From positions 1 to 64,000 of IMG/VR virus record IMGVR_UViG_3300009157_000002: 64,000 nucleotides of DNA; one strand, written 5' to 3'. Below are positions 48,675 to 57,913 of the stretch, piece by piece. The DNA is from a virus. The stretch's first letter is position 1. Each line of letters opens with the position of its first letter. Both the position numbers and the translations under genes were made by a program. The notes under the pieces were generated by a model. It ran no database searches. It worked only from the letters and a program-made list of their open reading frames with translations, and had not been told where the DNA came from.

Positions 48675-50905
48675 ACACGAACCTGATAGATCAAACGATT
48701 AGGCCAAATCGTCTTGAGACAAAAGACAAGGGTAAGGAATACCACGCCCAATATGGCAGGTGGGGTGTGGCTTCTGCGATTAACCATCCGCTTCATCGTG
48801 CTTTTGTTATAAACACTATTATATACTGGCGCTTTTATTCTAACGACCAATGGATACTTGATGATGATCTGGAAGGATTTTTATCTGACGAAACCGGGTT
48901 TGCCAGAAACCGCTTAAAGCTACGGGAAAACATTATCATGCCGATGGTTAACCAATTTGAAGGTAATGCCATACGTCTTGATTTTAATGCCAAGGCTGTA
49001 AACGTATCACCCTATGTAATTAACAGGCGTGAGAACCAGCTTAGGGAAAAATTGATGATGAATGATGTCGCGGAGGCGGCACCTTCAATGAAAGAGCACA
49101 TAAAAAACAAATACGGTATCGGTGATACCAAGGCTGAAACAGAACAGCTATTTAACCATTCCTTTGTTGATGAGCACACCCGCGATATCAATGAACTTTT
49201 AGTATGGTCTAAAGGCCGGAATAATTTCGAAGACAACCTGACAAGAATTGCCACACACATGGCAATCAGCGGAATCGGTATACATAAAGGCTATGAGCAG
49301 GCAGGAGAACAACAGTGGGAGGTAACGGATTCCCTCTTTTATTTTTTTGATCGCGGCGCAAAAAGACCGGACCTGAAAGATGCAGGGTATATGGGAGAAC
49401 TACTTTTTGGAAACCCGGCAGAGGTGTTTGAAAAATATCAGGACTTAACACATGATGAACGCAAAAGGATTGAAAACTATTGCATAAACAATTATGATCA
49501 CATCGGGTACCTCTGGCACTTGTTTATGGCAAACAAAGATAGGGTTCCTATGTACGAAATATACTGGAAAGATATTGAACGACAAGAATATGGATATGTG
49601 ATGGATGATTACGGGTATGAGTTTTTTACGCAGATCAACGCAGAAGGAATAAAATATACTGATAAAGATCTGATCATACCCAAAGGCGAAAATTATAAAA
49701 AGGTTCTTGGCAAAAAAAACAAAACAAAAAAAACAGTAAAGTTTGTTGACGTGCTAAGATTTTGTGTTTTTACGCCATCCGAAATTATTGGCGGGGCAAC
49801 CGGAGAAGATATTGTTTATGACTATGGTATTGCAAGATATCAGGAAACCTATAATCTGGACCCATCGTTAGTTGAATATCCATATAAAGCAAGATGTGTG
49901 CATTACCATAATGGGGAAATATTAAGTCCGATACAAAATGTAATAGATCCACAACGGATGCTAAACCGTACCCTGTCAGTACTTGATAGTCACATGAATA
50001 ATGCGATGGGTTTCGGGCCTATTATAGATACCAGTGTAGTGAGTGCCCAGGGTGCGCAAAATGAAGTGATCCGGAACATGAATTTAAGCAAGCCTGTATT
50101 TGTTGACGCTAAACGCGGAGGTGTGCAAAACATGACGGGGAACTACGGCTCTAACGCAAGTCAGCAAATGGGAGCATTTATGCAAATGGCCCAACTAATG
50201 CGAACCGTTGCACAAAATACAAGTGGTGTAAATGAATCCATGCAAGGCACAGCCGGCGGCTCCAATAAGCTTGTAGGAGTTGAACAGCTTAAAATAGACA
50301 GGGGCTCTTTACAACAGGAGGGCTTTTATTATTGCCTTAACAATATTATGCTACAAACATTTCAGTCAGTAGCTACCCAGGGAAAACGTATTTATGCGGA
50401 TAGCCCGCGAAGGCTGTCAATGATTGTTGGAGATGTTGGAGCTAAAGAGATTCGCATTACCAAGGAAATGAACAACGAAGATTTCCGGGTATTCGTTAAG
50501 AAATCTATTCCAGATAATGAGGAAAAGATGCAGGTAAACGCTTTAATCTTGCAGCTTAAACAATTTGACCTGATCGGCGAAAAACAAGCAGCGGATTTAT
50601 TTAATCGTGGCGACATGGAATTGGTTGCGGAGAAAATGCGTGAGTACTTTAATGAGAAACAAATCGCTGCCGTTCTGGAATCTAAAAAAGCAGAGGCGCA
50701 AAATCAGGAAGTTATGGCTGCTGCATCACAGGATAGTGAGCAGGCTAAAATCGAAATGGAAGAACAAAAACGTTATCAGGAATATTTAATAAACAAAGAA
50801 GCCGAGAATAAAGATCAAAATCAAATGGTTAAGGATGCCGGGAAGCTACAGCAGATTGCAAAAAAGCAAGAAGGAGAAATGCTGAACAATCAGTTTAAAG
50901 TGTAA
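48671..50905 (+). CDS. Portal protein (podovirus-type)
   Basis: 744 aa; FYSNDQW, ENIIMPMVN, PQRMLNR and SGVNESMQG motifs; C-terminal coiled-coil barrel. Confidence 0.8.
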   Translation: MNTNLIDQTIRPNRLETKDKGKEYHAQYGRWGVASAINHPLHRAFVINTIIYWRFYSNDQWILDDDLEGFLSDETGFARNRLKLRENIIMPMVNQFEGNAIRLDFNAKAVNVSPYVINRRENQLREKLMMNDVAEAAPSMKEHIKNKYGIGDTKAETEQLFNHSFVDEHTRDINELLVWSKGRNNFEDNLTRIATHMAISGIGIHKGYEQAGEQQWEVTDSLFYFFDRGAKRPDLKDAGYMGELLFGNPAEVFEKYQDLTHDERKRIENYCINNYDHIGYLWHLFMANKDRVPMYEIYWKDIERQEYGYVMDDYGYEFFTQINAEGIKYTDKDLIIPKGENYKKVLGKKNKTKKTVKFVDVLRFCVFTPSEIIGGATGEDIVYDYGIARYQETYNLDPSLVEYPYKARCVHYHNGEILSPIQNVIDPQRMLNRTLSVLDSHMNNAMGFGPIIDTSVVSAQGAQNEVIRNMNLSKPVFVDAKRGGVQNMTGNYGSNASQQMGAFMQMAQLMRTVAQNTSGVNESMQGTAGGSNKLVGVEQLKIDRGSLQQEGFYYCLNNIMLQTFQSVATQGKRIYADSPRRLSMIVGDVGAKEIRITKEMNNEDFRVFVKKSIPDNEEKMQVNALILQLKQFDLIGEKQAADLFNRGDMELVAEKMREYFNEKQIAAVLESKKAEAQNQEVMAAASQDSEQAKIEMEEQKRYQEYLINKEAENKDQNQMVKDAGKLQQIAKKQEGEMLNNQFKV

Positions 50906-50922
50906 ACTAAAAAATAATTACC

Positions 50923-51120
50923 ATGATGAAAGTACTGATCATTATACTCGAATGGATTAAAGCACATCCTGAAATAGTTACTACTCAATTAGCTGTTCTT
51001 TGGGAGATTATATTTCGGGTAAAGCCCACAGAAAAAGACTGGTCAATTATTAACCTAATCAAAAGAATTTTAGATAAAATTTTCAAGAATAAAAAAACTA
51101 TAGGCGGATGTCACCTTTAA
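50923..51120 (+). CDS. Small holin-like protein
   Basis: Amphipathic; overlaps the endolysin start. Confidence 0.35.
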   Translation: MMKVLIIILEWIKAHPEIVTTQLAVLWEIIFRVKPTEKDWSIINLIKRILDKIFKNKKTIGGCHL

Positions 51121-51473
51121 AGAGTATTAGGGAAAGACAATCAGTATTCGTGCTTAATATTGCATTACTTATTCAACATACCTACTCAATAGGTTACGAA
51201 CTTACTTTTGGGGAGGCGCTAAGAACACCAGAACAACAAGCTATTTATATAAAAAACGGCAGATCAAAAACAATAAACAGTAAGCACCTTACCAGACTAG
51301 CAATTGATTTAAACCTATTTAAAGATGGGGTGTATCTTACAGCTACCGAAGATTACAGACTACTTGGCGATTACTGGAAAAACCTAAACCAGGAGAATGT
51401 TTGGGGTGGAGACTTTGGCGATGGAAATCATTTTCAAATGACTAAAATAGAAATGAAAGTTACAGCGGCTTAA
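51108..51473 (+). CDS. Endolysin, M15 family peptidase
   Basis: RTPEQQ, SKH...LAIDL, WGGDF and DGNHF motifs. Confidence 0.85.
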   Translation: MSPLKSIRERQSVFVLNIALLIQHTYSIGYELTFGEALRTPEQQAIYIKNGRSKTINSKHLTRLAIDLNLFKDGVYLTATEDYRLLGDYWKNLNQENVWGGDFGDGNHFQMTKIEMKVTAA

Positions 51474-51720
51474 TTGACAAGCCGTATTCCATTACATTTT
51501 TTATAAATGCAGTAACTTCGGAAAGGCATTTCAATAGATACTCTTTTGTTAATTTATCCTTTTTTACTCGATTAACGTAAGCCTCAAAAATCATAAATTC
51601 TATATCAGTACAATGCTCAGTAATAGTAAACCAGCCAAAAGTATTTTCCTCGTGTGTATAATCATCTAAATGAAAAAATTGTTGTTTTTCATTAAACTCT
51701 AATCTGTAAGTTGGTTCCAT
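51460..51720 (-). CDS. Hypothetical protein
   Basis: Coupled to the upstream HTH gene. Confidence 0.5.
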   Translation of the reverse strand: MEPTYRLEFNEKQQFFHLDDYTHEENTFGWFTITEHCTDIEFMIFEAYVNRVKKDKLTKEYLLKCLSEVTAFIKNVMEYGLSIKPL

Positions 51721-51722
51721 TT

Positions 51723-51953
51723 TTAAAGTTTGGTGTTAAGAACTCTGGCAATATTTAATAAAGTGGAAAGCGTTGGATTGTAAGTGGGATCATTTTCGAT
51801 GTGTTGAATAATTCTGGTAGAGGTATCAATATAAAAAGCAAGTTCAGATTGCGACCATTTTCTTTTTTTCCTCACCTCCTTAACCAAGGGCCCGATCAAC
51901 GCCATTCTCTCCATAAGAAATCCTTTTTTTTCTTCACGGGTCAATTGTTCCAT
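51723..51953 (-). CDS. XRE HTH regulator
   Basis: Likely start MEQLT at 51953; VRKKRKWSQSELA...IEN..NPTLSTLLNIARVL. Confidence 0.8.
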   Translation of the reverse strand: MEQLTREEKKGFLMERMALIGPLVKEVRKKRKWSQSELAFYIDTSTRIIQHIENDPTYNPTLSTLLNIARVLNTKL

Positions 51954-51957
51954 GTTT

Positions 51958-51986
51958 TTATTTAGTGATTCTAAATAACAAATATA
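51958..51986 (-). promoter_or_regulatory. TATATTTG -7 element plus Fur-box-like palindrome with a 2-bp deletion
   Basis: Minus strand reads TATATTTG-TTATTTAGAATCACTAAATAA-AAAC-ATG. Confidence 0.65.
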
Positions 51987-52016
51987 AAAATAAAATTTCA
52001 AAATGTGCGGTTTAAG

Positions 52017-52065
52017 GCGCGCTTTATATAGCGTTTTAAATACGATGTATGGGATGTTCCTTTGT
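52017..52065 (+). promoter_or_regulatory. Putative late-promoter motif, copy 2
   Basis: Matches 9461-9511; upstream of scaffold and MCP. Confidence 0.6.
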
Positions 52066-52082
52066 ATAAAAGCAATAGCGCC

Positions 52083-53294
52083 ATGCCAGAAACAGCCGAG
52101 CAACAAGTAACAGCAGCAACTACCGAAACAGAAAATAAAGAGCCAATTACTGCCGAAAATCAGCCACCGGTTCAAGAGGTTCAACAGATTCAGCAAGAAC
52201 CTCTAACACCGCAAGGCCAGCAACTTGCAGAGCTGTTGAACTTTGTAAAAGCCAATCCGGAGGCAGCAAAAACACCCGAAGTAAAAGCCTTACTTGATGA
52301 TCTGGAAAAATTTAAAGCTGCAAAAAATAAAACTAATGTCCAAACGGATGCTGCAATTCCTTCTGAACCTCTTAAGCAAGAGGAAGCGCCACAAACAGAG
52401 CCAGAAGTTAAAAAACCAGAAATCAAATCTGCCTTTTTCGGGGCACCAGCCTCCAACAAAGTAGAATTTAAAACTCCGGAAGAATGGAAAGGCTACATCG
52501 ACAAAAAATTTTCTATTAAAGACGAATCTACTTTTTTTGATTCTGTTGAAAAGTGGAGAAAAGACAGCCAGGAAAAAGGCGACCTGGAAAGAGACAAAAA
52601 TAATTACGACAGGTTATTTGAAGAAATACCAGAGCCCATTTACAATGCAATAGAAAGCTGGGGCAAAGGAGAAGATTGGATCGATAAATTAAAAAAAACG
52701 ATACCAAGTATTGACTATAACAAAGATTTTGAATCGCAAAGTATATACGAAATAGTGAACAACTATTTCCCTGATAAATTTGAAAGGGAGGAACTATCAG
52801 GCTCCTACAAAGATTTCGACATTACCGTACAGAAAGCAGTAGACGTTGCAAAAGAGAAGTACAACTTTGAAAGACAGCAGTTCAGTAACAGACGTGCTGA
52901 GGTTCAGAAAAAAGCGGATGAGCAAATTCAGAAGCTTCGAAATTCTGCACTCAGTTCCGTAAAAAAACTAGAACAATCATTTCCTGATTTTGACAAAAAC
53001 GAGATCGCGCAGATCTCTAAAGTCCTAAACAGTGGTGACACAAGCAGCCTGATCCAGAACAAAGATGGAACCTACAAAGAAGATGCGGCGGAACGGGTTG
53101 CATATATGCTTTTCGGTAAAAGAGAGATCAGCAATTTGAAGCAGTTAATGGGAGCTTCGCAGCAACAGTTACAAGATACTGTTACCAGAAAAAGTGACAC
53201 CCCGCGTATTCACGGCAACCAGGACTCCACAATTACACCTGAGAAAAAAGCGGCGGAAAATCTTCAAAGGCTAGTCCCTAAAACCTACTACTAA
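52083..53294 (+). CDS. Scaffolding-like protein
   Basis: Acidic E/Q/P-rich N-terminus and coiled coil; directly before the MCP. Confidence 0.65.
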   Translation: MPETAEQQVTAATTETENKEPITAENQPPVQEVQQIQQEPLTPQGQQLAELLNFVKANPEAAKTPEVKALLDDLEKFKAAKNKTNVQTDAAIPSEPLKQEEAPQTEPEVKKPEIKSAFFGAPASNKVEFKTPEEWKGYIDKKFSIKDESTFFDSVEKWRKDSQEKGDLERDKNNYDRLFEEIPEPIYNAIESWGKGEDWIDKLKKTIPSIDYNKDFESQSIYEIVNNYFPDKFEREELSGSYKDFDITVQKAVDVAKEKYNFERQQFSNRRAEVQKKADEQIQKLRNSALSSVKKLEQSFPDFDKNEIAQISKVLNSGDTSSLIQNKDGTYKEDAAERVAYMLFGKREISNLKQLMGASQQQLQDTVTRKSDTPRIHGNQDSTITPEKKAAENLQRLVPKTYY

Positions 53295-53312
53295 TCTTCT
53301 AAAAAATAACTA

Positions 53313-54566
53313 ATGTCACAAATATATACCCCCACCATACCCCCTTCCAATGCGTTAAGCAATATTGACTTAAACGCATTTGGCTCTAACTATGCAAGCT
53401 CCTATGGTCACAACGTAACCGGTCTAATCAGACGAGAAGTACAGCGTGTAATTTACGATGCCGCTCCCAAGGGATACTTTACGGATTTGCAACTTCTAAT
53501 GCAAAAACCAAGAGAAAAATGGCCGACCGATGAAGCATATTATGACGAACGCACCTTTGGGCGCAAGCCTATTGTTGCAACCGCTAACGTAGCAGGTGGA
53601 ACTCAAACACAGGTAATTCCTGTTACTAACCTGAGCACCTCTGCTGTCTCTTTAAATTTTATTGTTGTTTATCCGAATAACCAAAAAGGAACGGTAATAG
53701 CAATTGATCAGACTCTTAATACGATCACCGTAAAAGCATATACCAATCAGGTACTACCTGCTGTAACGGCGACCGATGTTATTTCTCTTCAATCAAGTAT
53801 GCTTGGCGACAGCAGAAACAGAATCGACACCTATTCACGTATTGACGTAATTGAACGTTACAACTTTATCCAACAATTTGCCCGTGCAACACGCTTCGGA
53901 AAAATGGAGTTGTATAAATACAAAAACGTAGGCACTACCAACTTCCTGGATGAAAACAAAAGGGATGTAATGGATCAGTACCGAATAGATCTTTCTAACT
54001 CTTGGTGGAACGGAGAACGCGGTGAAGCTATTATGGACGATGGTACCCCGACCAAAACAATGGGTGGAATATTTCCAAGCATGACAGCGGCAGGATCACC
54101 AAGCACGATCACTACTATTGCCACTATCGGAGATGCGATGGAAGATATTGTTTTGGCAACTCAATTCGGAACATCTTCTCAGCGTAAATTCTTGTTTGCT
54201 ACTCCTACACTTTTACACGGTTTATCCAAGTTTTATAAGAGCGCTCTTACCCGTTACACTCCGAATGATATGATCGCTAAACTAGAGCTGAACCAAATAG
54301 AAATGCAAGGTGGTATCGTTGTTTTAGTTCCTATGCAACGCTTCCAGGAAATTTCCTGCTTCCCTGCATCATTCGCAAACAGAATGATCCTGGTTGATAT
54401 GGAAAATATAAGCTGTGCTGAAACCTGGGGAGAAGACATTGTAGATGAGACTCCGGATATTTCTTCCGGAATCAATCAGAACACTTACAAAGACTTCTGG
54501 ATCACAGGTCAGTTAAGTATGAAAATGCCTAACCCATTATCAAATGGATGGATTGATGTAGTTTAA
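53313..54566 (+). CDS. Major capsid protein (HK97 fold, SU10/DUF5309-like)
   Basis: NFIQQF, WWNGERG and TMGGI motifs; position; followed by a strong terminator. Confidence 0.8.
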   Translation: MSQIYTPTIPPSNALSNIDLNAFGSNYASSYGHNVTGLIRREVQRVIYDAAPKGYFTDLQLLMQKPREKWPTDEAYYDERTFGRKPIVATANVAGGTQTQVIPVTNLSTSAVSLNFIVVYPNNQKGTVIAIDQTLNTITVKAYTNQVLPAVTATDVISLQSSMLGDSRNRIDTYSRIDVIERYNFIQQFARATRFGKMELYKYKNVGTTNFLDENKRDVMDQYRIDLSNSWWNGERGEAIMDDGTPTKTMGGIFPSMTAAGSPSTITTIATIGDAMEDIVLATQFGTSSQRKFLFATPTLLHGLSKFYKSALTRYTPNDMIAKLELNQIEMQGGIVVLVPMQRFQEISCFPASFANRMILVDMENISCAETWGEDIVDETPDISSGINQNTYKDFWITGQLSMKMPNPLSNGWIDVV

Positions 54567-54577
54567 GTTTGATGGTT

Positions 54578-54609
54578 AAAAGGATTCCGTTAGGCCGGAA
54601 TCCTTTTTT
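54578..54609 (+). terminator. Intrinsic terminator after the MCP
   Basis: AAAAGGATTCCG-TTAGGC-CGGAATCCTTTTTT. Confidence 0.85.
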
Positions 54610-54630
54610 ATAAATCTAAAAATAAATAGT

Positions 54631-55515
54631 ATGCTAAAAACCTCTGAGAACGGCGACACAAAGCCAAATATTGAAATTAATGGGGAGGCGATAAATGTTC
54701 CCCTGGCAAAAACAATAACGGAACAGGCTAAAGGTCCACAGGTCACACCACCTGTTCCAAATTTAGAGCCAGAGCCTATGATTAAACTTTCACAGGTTGA
54801 CGAGATGATTAATAACCGTCTGAGTGAACTTAAAAAAGAACTAACTAAAAAGTCAGGAGGAGATTTTAACGCGAAAGATCTTACTCAGGTGCTTTCAGAA
54901 GCATTATCCAGGGATCGAGGACAGAATGGATCTACAGCATTAGTCAAAGAAGAAGATATTGACATTAATGATGTGCTTGCCGAGGATGTTATTTTCTGGA
55001 GCTATGGACATACATTCGGGATTAACAGCGAAAAGCGGAACGGACATAATGTAATACCTCCTTACGGAAGAGCGATCCATTTTACACACAGTTGGACTGA
55101 TATCCGGGGAATGGGAAAAAACAAAACTGTTTTTAAAGTGAACACTTTTAAAACAAGTTCAAAAAAAGTTGCTGATTGGTTGAGAAAAAGTCCACTGTAT
55201 AAAACAAGGATTTTTGAAAACATTAAATCAGTAGCCAATATTGATATGTACTTCGCACAGAAATTAACCGATGCCGCTAATACCATTTCAGGTCTTGAGC
55301 CACCACAGGTATTACAACGGGCGCAAAACGCAGGTCTTGAAATCACATCGGATTATGATTCTATTAGAAATCAGTTGATTCAAAAAATAGCGATGGAAGA
55401 ATATGAAAAATCTAAACAAATAAGCTTAGATGCTGCGGCTCCAACGGATCTTTCGCCTGATAAGATAATAAAGCGAACAGTTAGCAAGTCTACGACTCCA
55501 GCACCTATCTATTAA
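54631..55515 (+). CDS. Structural/assembly protein
   Basis: Post-MCP position. Confidence 0.5.
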   Translation: MLKTSENGDTKPNIEINGEAINVPLAKTITEQAKGPQVTPPVPNLEPEPMIKLSQVDEMINNRLSELKKELTKKSGGDFNAKDLTQVLSEALSRDRGQNGSTALVKEEDIDINDVLAEDVIFWSYGHTFGINSEKRNGHNVIPPYGRAIHFTHSWTDIRGMGKNKTVFKVNTFKTSSKKVADWLRKSPLYKTRIFENIKSVANIDMYFAQKLTDAANTISGLEPPQVLQRAQNAGLEITSDYDSIRNQLIQKIAMEEYEKSKQISLDAAAPTDLSPDKIIKRTVSKSTTPAPIY

Positions 55516-55534
55516 AAAATCTGTGTTGTTTGTT

Positions 55535-55564
55535 AAAGACCCTCGGCTTTGTTCGGGGGTTTTT
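55535..55564 (+). terminator. Intrinsic terminator
   Basis: GACCCTCGG...TCGGGGGTTTTT. Confidence 0.6.
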
Positions 55565-55584
55565 ATTAATAAATAAAAAACAAA

Positions 55585-56343
55585 TTGATAATCACAAACA
55601 CTATACGCGATAAGGTAAAAGCGGATTTAGATGCTGAAGGGTCGGACTATTATACCGACTTACAGGATTACATACCAGCTATCAACAAATCAATTGACTG
55701 GTGCGTAGCTGTAGTTAACATGGCATACGCCCAGAAAAAAATATCGGAAGAGGCTTTTGTTGATCTTACGCGTGTACGTATTTACCAGACAAATACTTTT
55801 TCAAGAATATTGTTACCCGGCGCAACGCAAACAGATACGATATGGACTATACTTTCCGTGCTTCCGTTGCCTGTTACCTATCCAAACAATAGTATAACAC
55901 CTACCGCCTCGGATGTCGAATCGTTCTTTCGTGAAGATCTTTCTTTCAGGTCATGTCCAAACACCTGTGAAAGACTTACTGTTGAAGAATGGGAACAAAA
56001 TGCGAATAACCCGTTTGAGGCGGGACATAACGTAGAGATCGGAGAAACGGCGAAGGTTTACGGATATCTGGCTCCGCAGGATTATACCAGTAGTGGTTAC
56101 GTAGTACCAGGATCAGAAATAGAAATAAGACCCGCCCTATCAAAACAATTATGTGCGATACGGTACGCAAAGGTGCCGGCACAAATAGTTACTATTTTAG
56201 ATAACATTGAATTTCCGCAAAGCATGGCGGATATTATTTATTTAAAAACACTTGCGAACATAGGAATTAAACAGGGCGATCAGAGTACCATCATCGGGAA
56301 CGCTGACAAAGATTTAAAGATATTATTATCAGCATTTATGTAA
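55585..56343 (+). CDS. Tail adaptor/ring protein 1
   Basis: Helical N-terminus ..AINKS.., IEIRP..IRYAKVP..EFP; P22 gp4/T7 gp11-like layout. Confidence 0.6.
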   Translation: MIITNTIRDKVKADLDAEGSDYYTDLQDYIPAINKSIDWCVAVVNMAYAQKKISEEAFVDLTRVRIYQTNTFSRILLPGATQTDTIWTILSVLPLPVTYPNNSITPTASDVESFFREDLSFRSCPNTCERLTVEEWEQNANNPFEAGHNVEIGETAKVYGYLAPQDYTSSGYVVPGSEIEIRPALSKQLCAIRYAKVPAQIVTILDNIEFPQSMADIIYLKTLANIGIKQGDQSTIIGNADKDLKILLSAFM

Positions 56344-56350
56344 TTAATAC

Positions 56351-57064
56351 ATGGCAACATACCGGTATTTAGCGAATGATATTCTTAAAGAACATAAGCA
56401 AGTTAATGTAACCTCCTCATTAAAAATTGCCCAGGTGGTTTTTTGGCTCAATACCATTGCAAACAGATATCGCGGAAAGCATATTGAGAAAGGCTATTTA
56501 ACAGGGGCTTACCTGAATATTTTTCCAAACATTCCCGTGCTATCTGCTATTACAAACACTACGAAGAATATTATAAAAACCAGAAAATATTTTGTACTGC
56601 CGACTAATATCTATGATTTTAGAAATGAAAAAGCCATTGATTACATCACGTATGAAAACTTTACTGTTGAAGGATTCCGGCGTATTAAGTTCCAGCCGAC
56701 CACGCCGGACAAAGCCGAGATCCTGGAATACACCAATTACGAACGTCCAAGTCCAAGCAATCCCTATTTCTATAGAGTGCATGAGTACGTCTACTTATTG
56801 GGGGTAGAAGGTATAGCAGTCCCCAGAGTGGAGGTCGGATTATATTCTGCGCTTTTAACTAAAACAAATTTAGTAAACCTGGACGATGAAATTGATCTCG
56901 ACGAGCAAAGCATATCGCAATTAAGGATTGAAGTTTTATCGTTAGGGAAATTTATGATGGTAGCCCCTACATCGGATCGCGAAAATGATGGCTCCGAAAA
57001 CATTAATGCGGCACCACTGGAAAGAGCAAGAACACCACAACCACCACCTGAACAACAAGAATAG
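56351..57064 (+). CDS. Tail ring protein 2
   Basis: Similar layout; C-terminal DRENDG. Confidence 0.55.
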   Translation: MATYRYLANDILKEHKQVNVTSSLKIAQVVFWLNTIANRYRGKHIEKGYLTGAYLNIFPNIPVLSAITNTTKNIIKTRKYFVLPTNIYDFRNEKAIDYITYENFTVEGFRRIKFQPTTPDKAEILEYTNYERPSPSNPYFYRVHEYVYLLGVEGIAVPRVEVGLYSALLTKTNLVNLDDEIDLDEQSISQLRIEVLSLGKFMMVAPTSDRENDGSENINAAPLERARTPQPPPEQQE

Positions 57065-57066
57065 CC

Positions 57067-57903
57067 ATGCAACAAGGAGCGAATGATTTTGTAAGTATCA
57101 ATATTTTACTGGCAGACATACTTCGGTTCTGCAATGATGAAGATCTGCGAAGTGGATACACGAAAGGATTTTATATTTCTTCGATTCAATCTGCATTGGA
57201 GGCGCTCGCTTATGATACTTTTTTCCTGCAACTCGTTATTGATGTTCCGATGGATAACCATAAGCTCCAGGTAGAAATCCCTAACAATATTTTCAATATA
57301 CGGGAATTATATCTATGGAGTGGAGAATGTTGCGGTCCTACAAATTCTGTTGCAGTCCACTATAAAAGATTATTTAATAACATGAATAGCGGAGGCATTG
57401 GATATAGCTCAAGAATAAAAGGAGGGGGCACTACTTCTGATCCAATTTATCCGGTACATTATAACACAGACCCTATACATACCATTGATAACAATCATCC
57501 TTCGGATCCCTTGTACCCAAGGCACTACAATGGCTTTGGAGGAAGCAGTCTGAGATGGGCCAATATTCAAAATGGCATTTTAATGTTTAGTTCCGGTTGT
57601 GGTGGTTACCAGAATGTGCGGATTGTTGCCAATGGAACCGCTGGAGCAATAGGAGATGCCCCGATCATACCACGCTATTTCAGAGAGGCAATTATTGATT
57701 ATGTATGCGAACAATATTTCCGTGTGCAAATGGCAAAAGATCCAAGAATTTTTGCACCAATGCAGCAAATGTATGAACTGCGGCTAAACGGTAAACGTGG
57801 AAACGGTACAGATGGAAGCTGGTGCACCGCAGAGAACAGAGTAAAAACAATGGATAGCTGGGAGCGGGATGAATTGATTGAATATATGTCAAAAAAATGG
57901 TAA
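57067..57903 (+). CDS. Tail ring protein 3
   Basis: FVSINILLADI...PIIPRYFREAIIDYV. Confidence 0.55.
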   Translation: MQQGANDFVSINILLADILRFCNDEDLRSGYTKGFYISSIQSALEALAYDTFFLQLVIDVPMDNHKLQVEIPNNIFNIRELYLWSGECCGPTNSVAVHYKRLFNNMNSGGIGYSSRIKGGGTTSDPIYPVHYNTDPIHTIDNNHPSDPLYPRHYNGFGGSSLRWANIQNGILMFSSGCGGYQNVRIVANGTAGAIGDAPIIPRYFREAIIDYVCEQYFRVQMAKDPRIFAPMQQMYELRLNGKRGNGTDGSWCTAENRVKTMDSWERDELIEYMSKKW

Positions 57904-57913
57904 ACGAAATAAC

